Assembly (NCBI GenBank): GCA_043819795.1
Contig: JBDREN010000190.1
Coordinates: 1 to 62,375, forward strand
DNA from: Elusimicrobiota bacterium
Lineage (GTDB): Bacteria; Elusimicrobiota; Elusimicrobia; UBA1565
Length of the DNA: 62,375 bases
Direction of reading: 5' to 3'
The translations under genes were made by a program, and so were the position numbers. Within the stretch, counting starts at the first letter, position 1. Each line of letters starts with the position of its first letter. This document shows, piece after piece, positions 1 to 8,985 of this stretch. Under the pieces are notes generated by a model. It was not told where the DNA came from, ran no database searches, and saw only the letters and a list, made by a program, of their open reading frames with translations.

Positions 1-57
1 GTTGACGTCCCCGTCTTGTACACTGATGGTGCCTTCCAGGCGGACTTGTATTTCCAT
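1..57 (-). CDS. 5' end of a gene running off the window edge (MEIQVRLEGTISVQDGDVN...)
   Basis: ATG at 57 preceded by purine-rich GAGAGAG; open to the window edge; region visibly lower in GC than the rest. Confidence 0.45.
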   Translation of the reverse strand, partial: MEIQVRLEGTISVQDGDVN

Positions 58-185
58 TTGGGCTCACTCTCTCTTGCCGGAGTTAGTGAGCCCTATTCTA
101 TTCAAAGACCCTGGTCATGTACGACTATGGGACGCTATTAACGGATTGCGTGCTGGGGGCGATTCTAGAGGCCTTGCCCGACCGA

Positions 186-331
186 CCCTCACCCGCGCTT
201 CGCTGCGCTCAGCGCGACCTCTCCCGCAAGCGGGAGAGGTGATCCCCCCCCGCAAGCGGGAGAGGTGATTCCCCCCCCGCAAGCGGGAGAGGTAATCCCC
301 CCCTCCTCCCCCACGAAGCGGGGCAGAGGGG
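186..331. repeat. REP-like palindromic cluster with 3 tandem copies of CCCGCAAGCGGGAGAGGT(G/A)AT
   Basis: Perfect hairpin ACCTCTCCCGC-AA-GCGGGAGAGGT at 217-240, then two more ~26-27 bp units and a degenerate fourth. Confidence 0.85.
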
Positions 332-468
332 ACATAACGGTTGTTGATGGGACACCCGATCTCCAATGCCTCTGCGTCGGAGAGGCGGAGGATTCAGGAA
401 GCCTTGCGGAAGTCAGGAAGAGCGCCGCTGGCGCAAGGCCGTCGGATGAGACCGCAGGCCCGGCGGGG

Positions 469-1419
469 TTATCGGGAAGGCTGCTCGGCGGGCAGGAGCT
501 CGATCTCCATCGCCGGATGGATCTCCCACTTGGTGTAGCGGTTCGCTCCGAGCACGGGATCCTCGGGGTCGTATTCAGGCTCTTGCTTGTGGAAGGAGTC
601 GAAGTAGCTCCAGCCGCGCACGCGGACCCGGTCGCCGGTCTTGGGCCGGGGGATGCCGCGGTGCATCAGCCGCCATTCGGGAGTGATCTCGACGTGCAGG
701 TCGCCGACGTCGAAGGCGTAGTCGCCGTCGATCGAGAAGCGGATGTGGCGCGTGACGGTCCCCTCGACCTCCACGCCGGCCTGGACGGGATGCTCTCCGG
801 CGACGATATCGGCCGCGGTCGTCTTCACGTACGTCTTCGGGAGCTCGAGCCGGTGCTTGGCCAAGAATACCTTGATCGGGCCCTGGGCGATGAAATCCTC
901 CACCGAGACCCCCTTCTTGAGGAACCCGGGCTCGTCGACCGCCTCCGGCAGGCGGAGGTGGTCGCCCAGCGCGCCGAACAGACGCCCCTCGTCCGCCGCG
1001 TTCTCGCTGATCCAGCGCAGCTCGTGGGCGATCGCCATGACCAGGCTCTGCGCGTAGGGCTCGGCGTAGCGCTTCCCGGGAAGCTCCCGGTATAGGCGCT
1101 CGATCCGGTCGAGGGTGGGAAGCAGCTTGGGCTCGATGTTGCCCCGGCGCCGCATCGCCTCGATGCGCGCCAGCCCCCCTCGCGCGTAGGCCTCCAGGTC
1201 CTTCCGGCTCTCTTCCAGGGTATCGCGGTCGAGGACCTCCGCGTTATAGCGCAGGTCCTTCTTCAGGCGCTGGAGGGTCCGGTAACGCTCGCGGCCGCTC
1301 TCCCGGAAATCCGCGGTCGCCTGGCGCGCCTTCAGCTCGGCTTCGCGAAGAGCTTCGGCCGCGGCCAGACATCCAAACGGCACCAGGATCAGCGCCGCGA
1401 GGAGCCCCGGCCGGCTCAC
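469..1419 (-). CDS. Secreted protein with C-terminal OB-fold-like domain (paralog 1)
   Basis: Signal peptide; DGD..HVEITPEW..GDRVRVRGW..D..H..WEIHP motifs; colinear with 1416-2360; GTGA overlap. Confidence 0.8.
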   Translation of the reverse strand: MSRPGLLAALILVPFGCLAAAEALREAELKARQATADFRESGRERYRTLQRLKKDLRYNAEVLDRDTLEESRKDLEAYARGGLARIEAMRRRGNIEPKLLPTLDRIERLYRELPGKRYAEPYAQSLVMAIAHELRWISENAADEGRLFGALGDHLRLPEAVDEPGFLKKGVSVEDFIAQGPIKVFLAKHRLELPKTYVKTTAADIVAGEHPVQAGVEVEGTVTRHIRFSIDGDYAFDVGDLHVEITPEWRLMHRGIPRPKTGDRVRVRGWSYFDSFHKQEPEYDPEDPVLGANRYTKWEIHPAMEIELLPAEQPSR

Positions 1420-2360
1420 CGCTGCCCCTCATTCAGGAGCTCGATGTCCATCACGGGATGGATCTCCCACATATTGATACGGCTGATCCCCAGCACGGGA
1501 TGCTCGGGGTCGTACTCCGCCTCGTTCTCGTGGAAAGAGTCGTAGTAGGTCCATCCGCGCACGCGGACCCGGTCGCCGGTCTTCGGCCGCGGGATGCGGG
1601 GGTGCAACAGGCGCCATTCGGGCGTCAGCTCGACGTGCAGCCCTTCGATGTCGAAGGTATAGTCCCCGTCGATCGACCACGGGTAATGGGCCTCGAGCGT
1701 CCCCTCGATCTCGACGCCGACCTGCACCAGATGCTTGGCGGCCACGATGTCGGTGGCGGTCGTCTTCGCGTACGTCATGGGGCGCTTGAGCCGGTGCTTG
1801 GCCAAAAATACCGTGATCGGGCCCTGGGCGACGAACTCCTTGATCGTGACCCCGTCCTTGAAGTACCCCTTGGCCTCGATCTCGGCCGGCAGCGCGAGGT
1901 GCTCATCGAGGTACCTGAGGACCTGCTCCTGGTCCTTGCCGTTCTCGGCGATCCAGCGCAGCTCGTGGGCGAGAGCCTTGACGAGGCTCAACGCGTAGGG
2001 CTCGGCGTAGCGCCTCCCGGGCAGCTCGCGGTAGAGGCTCTCCAGCCGGTCGACGGTGAGAGCCAGCGCGGGATCTATGTTGCCGTGCTCGCGAAGCTCC
2101 GCGATGCGAGCCATCCCCCCCTCGGAGAAGCCCGTCAGGTCCTTGTCCGGCTCCCCCACGGTCTCCCGGTCCAGGACCTCGCCGATGTAGCGCAGGTCCT
2201 TCTTGAGGCGCTGCAGGGTCCTGTAGCGCTCGCGGCCGCTCTCCCGGTAGTCTTCGGTCGCCTGGAGCGCCGTCCGCTCGGCCTCGCTGAGCGCCTCGGC
2301 GGCGGCCGGCCGCCCCGACGGCAGAAGAATCAAGACTGCGAGAAACAGTATGGGTCTCAT
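1416..2360 (-). CDS. Secreted protein with C-terminal OB-fold-like domain (paralog 2)
   Basis: Signal peptide, GGGAG RBS, same motifs as paralog 1. Confidence 0.8.
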   Translation of the reverse strand: MRPILFLAVLILLPSGRPAAAEALSEAERTALQATEDYRESGRERYRTLQRLKKDLRYIGEVLDRETVGEPDKDLTGFSEGGMARIAELREHGNIDPALALTVDRLESLYRELPGRRYAEPYALSLVKALAHELRWIAENGKDQEQVLRYLDEHLALPAEIEAKGYFKDGVTIKEFVAQGPITVFLAKHRLKRPMTYAKTTATDIVAAKHLVQVGVEIEGTLEAHYPWSIDGDYTFDIEGLHVELTPEWRLLHPRIPRPKTGDRVRVRGWTYYDSFHENEAEYDPEHPVLGISRINMWEIHPVMDIELLNEGQR

Positions 2361-3094
2361 GCTCCCTCCCGGGACATTTCGAGTATCCTATCCCCTCGCG
2401 ACGGTTTCGGCGCGTTCGGGCTCCTTGAGGGACGCCGCGCGGCCTTGATGGGCGCCGGACCGCGCGGAGCCGCCGCCACGGCGGCCCCGATGCAGGTCCC
2501 GCTGAGCATGCCGCCCACCGTCGCGCCCAGCGGGGGCAGCCACCCGGTCGGGATCGTCGGCTGAAGAGCCGGGATGAGCCGCCTGAGCCCCATGCCCAGG
2601 AGATAGCCCAGCACGACTCCCCCGAGAGCGCGAAGCCCCCCCCATCCGTCGAACGAGCCCTGCCCGCGGCATCTCCCCCCGATCGCGATCGCGGCCGCCG
2701 CCGACGCGGCGCAATAAACGCCCAGGACCAGATAGAGCCACGCCAGCGTCGGCTCGGCCTCGGGACCTTCTCCCCACGTAAAGACCCGCGTCCCGATCGC
2801 CAAGGGCGCGTATATGAGAGCGAAAGCCGTGCCGAAGCCGAGCGCGGCTCCCGCCAGCCGCTCGCGGCCGCGGAAGAGCCCCGCGCCTATCCCGCCGTAG
2901 AAGAAAGCCGTGCTGACCAGGAGGCTGAAGAACGGCGGGCCGTGCGGACCCTTGAGCCATACCCCCGCGTCGCCCGTCAGGCGAAACGCCGCCACGACAG
3001 CCGCGTGCCCGGCGAGAGCGCCCGCGAGCCCGCCGATCAGCCCACCGAGCGCCAGCGCGGGCGATCCCCGCTCCGGACCGGGTCTACTCCACAA
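2357..3094 (-). CDS. Hypothetical multi-pass membrane protein
   Basis: About 6 hydrophobic Gly/Ala-rich segments; ATGA overlap with the next gene; start uncertain. Confidence 0.6.
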   Translation of the reverse strand: MWSRPGPERGSPALALGGLIGGLAGALAGHAAVVAAFRLTGDAGVWLKGPHGPPFFSLLVSTAFFYGGIGAGLFRGRERLAGAALGFGTAFALIYAPLAIGTRVFTWGEGPEAEPTLAWLYLVLGVYCAASAAAAIAIGGRCRGQGSFDGWGGLRALGGVVLGYLLGMGLRRLIPALQPTIPTGWLPPLGATVGGMLSGTCIGAAVAAAPRGPAPIKAARRPSRSPNAPKPSRGDRILEMSREGA

Positions 3095-3875
3095 GGTCGA
3101 ACGCCTCCTCGTCGTGGCGCATCAGCGCGAAGGATATCTCGAGAAGCCGGCTCTCCGTCGACAGGGCGGCGATGTCGTCCTCCATCCGCTTCGTCCGCGC
3201 CTCGATCCTCCGGGCCGCCTCCCCGAAGCCGTCGCGCTCCTTGCGCTTCACCCAAAGCTTCTTGCCCATCTCCTTGAGCACGAGATGCGCGTTCGTGAAC
3301 TCGCCCAAAAACGACTGCGAGGCGGAGGCCACGGCGATCTGCTCCTCATCGAGCTGGACGGATCCGGTCTTCTTTCTGGCCTTCTTGAGATACAGACGCG
3401 CGCGGCGAAGGTCGCGCTCGCGGTCGCGATCCCGGTAGCCGGCGCGCAATCCCATGAGCGCCTCGGGGTCGGCTGTGGGAAGGCGCAGAGAGGCCGTGGA
3501 GGCCCTCTGACGGAAGTCCCGAGCCTTCGCCTCCAGCATCTGCGCGCTGAGCAGGAGGTCGTCGGCGGCCTCCTCCAGAGACCCGGGCTCGGGCTCCGCC
3601 GTCTCGGGGACCGCTGCGCGCAGCTCCACGAGCGCCTCGCGGATCCCGGCCTCGGCGGCGGCCATAAGGGTCGCGAGGTGCCCCGCGCTCTGTTCGGCGT
3701 CCTTCCGGCCTCTCGACAAGGCGTTGTCGAGGTTGTCCTCCTGGACCTTCTGCACCTCCGAGAGCATGTCCGGGTCGGAGATCTGATCCTGAACGCCCAG
3801 GTCCACGGCCCGCGCCGCCGGGACGGCGGCGGCGACGATCAGGGTCATGGAAAGCGCGAGCGAGGTCCGGTTCAC
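3084..3875 (-). CDS. Hypothetical exported helical protein
   Basis: Signal peptide (..PAARA), GC3-rich codon use, sits in an operon-like run. Confidence 0.7.
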   Translation of the reverse strand: MNRTSLALSMTLIVAAAVPAARAVDLGVQDQISDPDMLSEVQKVQEDNLDNALSRGRKDAEQSAGHLATLMAAAEAGIREALVELRAAVPETAEPEPGSLEEAADDLLLSAQMLEAKARDFRQRASTASLRLPTADPEALMGLRAGYRDRDRERDLRRARLYLKKARKKTGSVQLDEEQIAVASASQSFLGEFTNAHLVLKEMGKKLWVKRKERDGFGEAARRIEARTKRMEDDIAALSTESRLLEISFALMRHDEEAFDLVE

Positions 3876-3888
3876 GGGACGCGACCCC

Positions 3889-4386
3889 CTATCTCTTGAT
3901 CTGCGCGTTCAATTGGTCGAGACGGTCGTTCACCGAGGGGATGCCGAGCATCTCCTTCTCGAACGATAAAAGGACCGCCTCCTGGATGGGTAGCTTCAGC
4001 TGGTACCGCTTGTCCGTCGGATTGAACTCGAACTGGGTCCCGTAGACCTGCGCCTGCTCGATGCTCATCAGGAAGCGGTCGAGCGCCGCCGCCAGCAGCC
4101 AGCGCCCGGTCCGGTGGCCGAGGACCGCGGCCAGCGTGGCCAGCCGGTGCGCGGTCAGGAAGTCCGCGGAGCTCTCCCCGTGCTGGAAGATCACCGCCGC
4201 GTGGTAGAGGTCGGCCTTCGTCTTGACCTCGCCGAGCTCCATCATGATCGTGATGCGCTGGCGGCGAGCCGCGTCGCGGTCATTGAGCACTGTGACCTCG
4301 CTCTGGGTGTCGTAGACCCGCGCGCGGTCCCTTTGGTCCTCTTGGAAGAGCTCCTCGAGCTTGAGATTATCGGTCTCAGGAGGCAT
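3889..4386 (-). CDS. Hypothetical protein (DUF6624-like, QVYGTQF motif)
   Basis: EL..EDQ.DR, A.IFQH, DR.L...QVYGTQ motifs; TGATATAAT promoter-like element upstream. Confidence 0.75.
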   Translation of the reverse strand: MPPETDNLKLEELFQEDQRDRARVYDTQSEVTVLNDRDAARRQRITIMMELGEVKTKADLYHAAVIFQHGESSADFLTAHRLATLAAVLGHRTGRWLLAAALDRFLMSIEQAQVYGTQFEFNPTDKRYQLKLPIQEAVLLSFEKEMLGIPSVNDRLDQLNAQIKR

Positions 4387-4399
4387 GGCTTATCATGTG

Positions 4400-4408
4400 A
4401 TTATATCA
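4400..4408 (-). promoter_or_regulatory. Extended -10 promoter element (TGaTATAAT)
   Basis: Consensus TGnTATAAT in an AT-rich patch 13 nt upstream of the ATG at 4386. Confidence 0.55.
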
Positions 4409-4411
4409 AAT

Positions 4412-5845
4412 TTATCTATTCTTTTCGGCCTTCGCGGGAGGAGCTTTTGCGGGAGGAGCGTACGGGACCTCCGCATATCCGGACGGGAGCCGGAAGTCGC
4501 TCGGCGAGACGTCGGCGCGCCCCTCGAGACCGTGCAGCTCGGTATAGATCTCATAAAACGGCGCCTCCTGGTCCTTGAGCCGCCGCTTTTTTTCGGCCTC
4601 GGCGAGCGTCTGGGCGGCGACCCGCTCCGCGTCGAGGAGCTCCGCCAATATACTGTTTAGCTCATCCTCGAAGCGGGGGTACACCCGGGACACGACCGGC
4701 CGGCGCCTCCCCATCCCCTGCCAAGACCGCCGCCGGGACCGGGGCGGGGAGGCCAGCCGCCCGAGCGGGAACTCCCCGAACTCGCTGCGAGTCCGGTCGT
4801 ACATGCGGTTGATCTTCCTCTCGGTGGCCCGCCAGTCGATGATCCTGAAGCGCGGGGCGGGCGGACGCCGCGTCCGCGAGGGGACCGAAGCCGCTTCCGG
4901 CGCCGCAGGGGTCCCAGGTCCCTCCGGCTCACGAGGCCCGCCTGAGCGGCGCCCGGCCGACGGGCCGGGTGGATGGGGGCGAACATCCCCGAGACTCACG
5001 GGTTCTCCGCGACCGGGATCCGGCGGCGGGGCCCCGTCCCGCGCGGGCCGGTCGACGGGGCCGCCGCGCCACCACGAGACGGAGGACGCGACCGGATAGC
5101 TGGGAAGCTCCCGGAAGCGCTGCCGGACCCGCTCGACGACGTCCCGAAGCTCCGACTCCGGGACACGGAGATAGGCGGCGGCCTCGCGGACCTGGTAGCG
5201 CTCGTGGTCCAGCGGGGAGAGGCTGCCCCCGGTGGCCTTGCGGTAGGCGTTCTCGAACCCGATCAGGTCAAGAAGCGCGGTCGAGAGGTCGCCCGCTATG
5301 GGCGCCACCCAGACGTTCTGCTCCATGCGCGCGGTCCGCCCGCGCCCCCCCGGAGCCGTCAGGGAGAGCGTCGCGGCGATGTGGTAATGCGCGCATTCGG
5401 CGCCGAGCAGCTCCCGGGTCTGGGGCATCTTGCTCAGCCTGATTTCGGCCCGCGCGATGCGCCATTCGGACGCGCCGCGGTCCAGCACCCCGGCCATGCG
5501 GTTGCCGTAGTCGACGTCCACGAGCGGGGCGCGGGCGTAGGCCTTCCGCCCGGGGTAGAGGAGGATGCGGCTGTCGGCTCCCAGGTCCAGGATCTGGACG
5601 ACCCGGCGGGGACCGACGGCGCTCGCGTCCCGGCGCAGCTTGCGCGCGTAGCCCGAGACGACGCGCATCTTGTCCCCGCGGACCTCGAACCAGGACTTCC
5701 CGAACAGGCCCTCCCGCCCGCGGCTCGTCTGGGCCTGGAGGACCTGGACGAAGTCGAGATCGGCATGGGCCCCCGGGGGCGCCGACAGCGCGAAAAAGCC
5801 CGCCAGCGCCGGGAGAACGCCGCGCCCGCGAAGGAAAGACCTCAC
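4412..5845 (-). CDS. Exported DUF4412-like protein with Pro-rich linker
   Basis: Signal peptide AHA; G..C.HY..VWVA and C-terminal DF..PSGY.EV pattern. Confidence 0.6.
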   Translation of the reverse strand: MRSFLRGRGVLPALAGFFALSAPPGAHADLDFVQVLQAQTSRGREGLFGKSWFEVRGDKMRVVSGYARKLRRDASAVGPRRVVQILDLGADSRILLYPGRKAYARAPLVDVDYGNRMAGVLDRGASEWRIARAEIRLSKMPQTRELLGAECAHYHIAATLSLTAPGGRGRTARMEQNVWVAPIAGDLSTALLDLIGFENAYRKATGGSLSPLDHERYQVREAAAYLRVPESELRDVVERVRQRFRELPSYPVASSVSWWRGGPVDRPARDGAPPPDPGRGEPVSLGDVRPHPPGPSAGRRSGGPREPEGPGTPAAPEAASVPSRTRRPPAPRFRIIDWRATERKINRMYDRTRSEFGEFPLGRLASPPRSRRRSWQGMGRRRPVVSRVYPRFEDELNSILAELLDAERVAAQTLAEAEKKRRLKDQEAPFYEIYTELHGLEGRADVSPSDFRLPSGYAEVPYAPPAKAPPAKAEKNR

Positions 5846-6034
5846 GTTCTCAGAATAGCAGGATTCCCCGCGTGAGGCAAGCAGCCAGCGCCGTCAATAG
5901 CGCCGGTTGCGCGCAGCGCCAACCGGTCGCTTATACCGCTGAGTTATCAAGGGGTCGCCCGCCGCAGGCGGGCAGGGCCTCTCACGAATCGAGGGGTGTA
6001 AGCGCCCCAAGCGCTTCGAGCTTCAGACGCCGGA

Positions 6035-7480
6035 TCAGAAGCCCGCGGAGACCTGCGGAAAGAACTCCGCCGAGAGCTTCACGGCCTCCAGGAACGGCTC
6101 GGGATAGACGCCCACCACGAAGACCCCCACGGCGGCGACGGCCAGCGTCGAGTAGAGCAGCGCCCCCACCGGAGCCGGCTCGGCCGCGCGCGGACTATGG
6201 AAGAACATATGGCGGACGACCCCCATGTAGTAGTAGATGGATACGACGCTGTTGAGGACGGCGACGACGGCCAGCCAATAGAAGCCTCCCTTGACGGCGG
6301 CCGCGAAGAGGTAGAACTTGCCGATGAAGCCGGCCATGGGCGGGATGCCCGCCAACGACAGCAGGAAGAACCCCATGAGCAGCGCCAGGCCCAGGTTGCG
6401 CTTAGCCAGGCCGTCGTAGGACTCCAGCTCGTAGCCGTCATCGTTGCCGACCACGATGGCCACGGCGAAGGCGCCGACGTTCATGAACAGGTAGGCGAAG
6501 CAGTAGATGAGGACTCCCTCGCGGCCGAGCAGGTCCGCCGTCACGAAGCCGATCAGCATGTAGCCGGCCTGGGCGATCGAGGAGTAGGCCAGGAGCCGCT
6601 TGATGTTCGTCTGGAAGAGCGCCGTGAGGTTCCCCACCGTCATCGTGAGCATCGCCAGGACCGAGAAGAGCGTGGTGAGGTCCAGAGCCGTGTGCGGGAC
6701 AAGGAACGTGAAGACGCGGAGCATGACGGCGAGCGCGGCGATCTTCGGCGCGACGGAGAGGAAGGCCGTCACGGGCGTGGGGGCCCCTTCGTAGGCGTCG
6801 GGCACCCACAGGTGGAAGGGGACCATGGACACCTTGAAACCCAATCCCACGGTGATCAGGAGGCAGGCCATGACGAACATGATCGAGGAGCGATCGGCGA
6901 AGAGCGGGTGGATCGCCAGGAGCTTCGTGCTGCCGATGGCTCCGTAGAACAGGGAGATCCCGAAGACGAGGATCGCGGAGGAGAACGCGCCGATCAGGAA
7001 ATACTTGATCGCCGCCTCCGAGGACTTCAGGTCCTTGCGCTCGAATCCCACGAGGATGAACGACGAGATCGAGACGAGCTCCAGCGCCAGGAAGATGAGC
7101 AGGAAGTCGACGGCCGAGACGAGAAGCATCATCCCCACGGCCGAAAGCAGCAGCAGGGCCGTGAAGGTGCCCAGGTGCTCGTGCGCCCGGGGAGCCCGGT
7201 AGTCCGCGGCCAGCAGCAGCGCCATGATCGTCGTCCCCAGGATCAGGACCTTGAAGAACAAGCTCAGCGGGTCCACCGCCCAGAGCGAGCCGATCCCCTG
7301 GTAATGGGACGGAGCCCAGTACGCCAGGCACAGGATGCCGAGAGCCGCCGCCGCCGAAAGGATGCCGAGGTGATAGAGCAGGACGCCCCGGCGCCCGCGG
7401 AGGAACAGGTCGGCCACCAACAGGGCCAGCGCGAAGGCGGTCAGCCCCATCTCGGGATAGAGCAGGTGCAGGTTCTGCAT
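6035..7480 (-). CDS. nuoN: NADH-quinone oxidoreductase subunit N
   Basis: EAAIKYF, FKVSMVPFHLWVPDAYEGAPTP, KRLLAYSSIA, GIPP motifs. Confidence 0.95.
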   Translation of the reverse strand: MQNLHLLYPEMGLTAFALALLVADLFLRGRRGVLLYHLGILSAAAALGILCLAYWAPSHYQGIGSLWAVDPLSLFFKVLILGTTIMALLLAADYRAPRAHEHLGTFTALLLLSAVGMMLLVSAVDFLLIFLALELVSISSFILVGFERKDLKSSEAAIKYFLIGAFSSAILVFGISLFYGAIGSTKLLAIHPLFADRSSIMFVMACLLITVGLGFKVSMVPFHLWVPDAYEGAPTPVTAFLSVAPKIAALAVMLRVFTFLVPHTALDLTTLFSVLAMLTMTVGNLTALFQTNIKRLLAYSSIAQAGYMLIGFVTADLLGREGVLIYCFAYLFMNVGAFAVAIVVGNDDGYELESYDGLAKRNLGLALLMGFFLLSLAGIPPMAGFIGKFYLFAAAVKGGFYWLAVVAVLNSVVSIYYYMGVVRHMFFHSPRAAEPAPVGALLYSTLAVAAVGVFVVGVYPEPFLEAVKLSAEFFPQVSAGF

Positions 7481-7481
7481 G

Positions 7482-8978
7482 TCAGCGGACCATTTGGAAC
7501 ATGTCCGGGAACATCTTGGCCAGATACGTGATCGTCGGGTTCATCAGGTCGAGGACGAGCCTCGGCCACACGCCGAAGACCACCATGAGCACCGCCAGCG
7601 GCGCCACGGCGATGAGCTCCCGCGCCGTCATGTCCGGCAGGGAGGCCCACTTCTCGTTGAGCGGGCCCAGGAATACCTTCTGGATCATCCGGAGGTAGAA
7701 GGCGGCCGTCACGAGGATGCCGGAGACCGAGAGGATGGTCCAGAGCTTCCAGGCCGGGAAGGCGCCCAGGAAGCACAAAAACTCCGAGATGAAGCCGGCC
7801 AGGCCGGGCAGGCCCAGCGACGCGAAGCAGGTGAGCGACATCAGGCCCGCGTAGACCGGCACCCTCGCGCCCAGGCCGCCGAAGGCCTCGATGTCCCGGG
7901 TATGGGCCCGGTCGTAGATGACTCCCACCAGGAGGAACAGGGCCCCGGTGATGATGCCGTGGCTGATCATTTGGAACACCGCGCCGTTGAAGCCGATCGA
8001 CGATACGGCGGCCATCCCCAGCATGCAGTAGCCCATGTGATTGATCGATGAGTAGGCCACCATCTTTTTCATGTCCTTTTGAGCCATCGCGCAGAGGGCC
8101 CCGTAGATGATGTTGATGAACGCGATGACGACGAAGTAAGGCAGGAACCACTCGAAGCCCGCCGGCAGGATCGGATACGAGACCCTCAGCAGGCCGTAGA
8201 CGCCCATCTTCAGCAGGATGCCGGCCAGGATCGCGCTGATCGGCGTGGGCGCCTCGACGTGGGCCAGAGGCAGCCAGGTATGGAAGGGGAAGGCCGGGAT
8301 CTTCACGGCGAAACCCAGATAGAAGGCCAGGAAGACGATGATCTGGAACTCGCGGGACCAGGCCCCGTTGGCCTTCATGAGCTCGAGGATGTTCAAAGTA
8401 TGCGGCTCCGAGGCGAAGTAGACGGCGAGTATGCCCAGCAGCATGAACACGCTGCCGACCAGGGTGAAGAGGAAAAACTTGATCGCGGCGTACTCTTTCT
8501 TCGGGCCGCCCCATATGCCGATGAGGAAGTACATCGGCACCAGCGTGATCTCCCAGAACATGTAGAACAGGAACATGTCCAGGGAGCAAAAGACCCCGAG
8601 CATGCCGACCTCGAGGACCAGGTACCAGAACCAGTACTCCTTTATCCGCTCGACGATGTTCAGCGAGTAGATCGCGGCCAGAAGGCACAGCAGCGTGGTC
8701 AGCAGGACGATGGGCAGCGAGAGGCCGTCGACGCCCAGGTGGTATTGGATGTTGAAGGTCGGTATCCACGAGACCTTCTCGACGAGCTGCAGCCGGAGCG
8801 TGTCCATCTGCAGCGTGCCGGGATCGAAGCGCGCCAGCGCGGCCAGCGACGCGAGGAAGGTCGCCGCCGTCGCCCCGACCGCCGTCGCGCGGATGGCCAC
8901 GACCTTCTCCTTCGGTATGCATAGGATCGCGATGGCCGCGAAAAACGGAAGGAAGATGATGAGCGTCAGAATGCCCAT
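7482..8978 (-). CDS. nuoM: NADH-quinone oxidoreductase subunit M
   Basis: LGVDGLS, FWE..LVPMYFLIG, PFHTWLP.AHVEAPT, AYSS..HMG. Confidence 0.95.
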   Translation of the reverse strand: MGILTLIIFLPFFAAIAILCIPKEKVVAIRATAVGATAATFLASLAALARFDPGTLQMDTLRLQLVEKVSWIPTFNIQYHLGVDGLSLPIVLLTTLLCLLAAIYSLNIVERIKEYWFWYLVLEVGMLGVFCSLDMFLFYMFWEITLVPMYFLIGIWGGPKKEYAAIKFFLFTLVGSVFMLLGILAVYFASEPHTLNILELMKANGAWSREFQIIVFLAFYLGFAVKIPAFPFHTWLPLAHVEAPTPISAILAGILLKMGVYGLLRVSYPILPAGFEWFLPYFVVIAFINIIYGALCAMAQKDMKKMVAYSSINHMGYCMLGMAAVSSIGFNGAVFQMISHGIITGALFLLVGVIYDRAHTRDIEAFGGLGARVPVYAGLMSLTCFASLGLPGLAGFISEFLCFLGAFPAWKLWTILSVSGILVTAAFYLRMIQKVFLGPLNEKWASLPDMTARELIAVAPLAVLMVVFGVWPRLVLDLMNPTITYLAKMFPDMFQMVR

Positions 8979-8985
8979 ATGGGGA

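Noticed and set aside
217..300. CRISPR array
   Set aside because: Units abut with only poly-C linkers; no unique spacers and no cas genes
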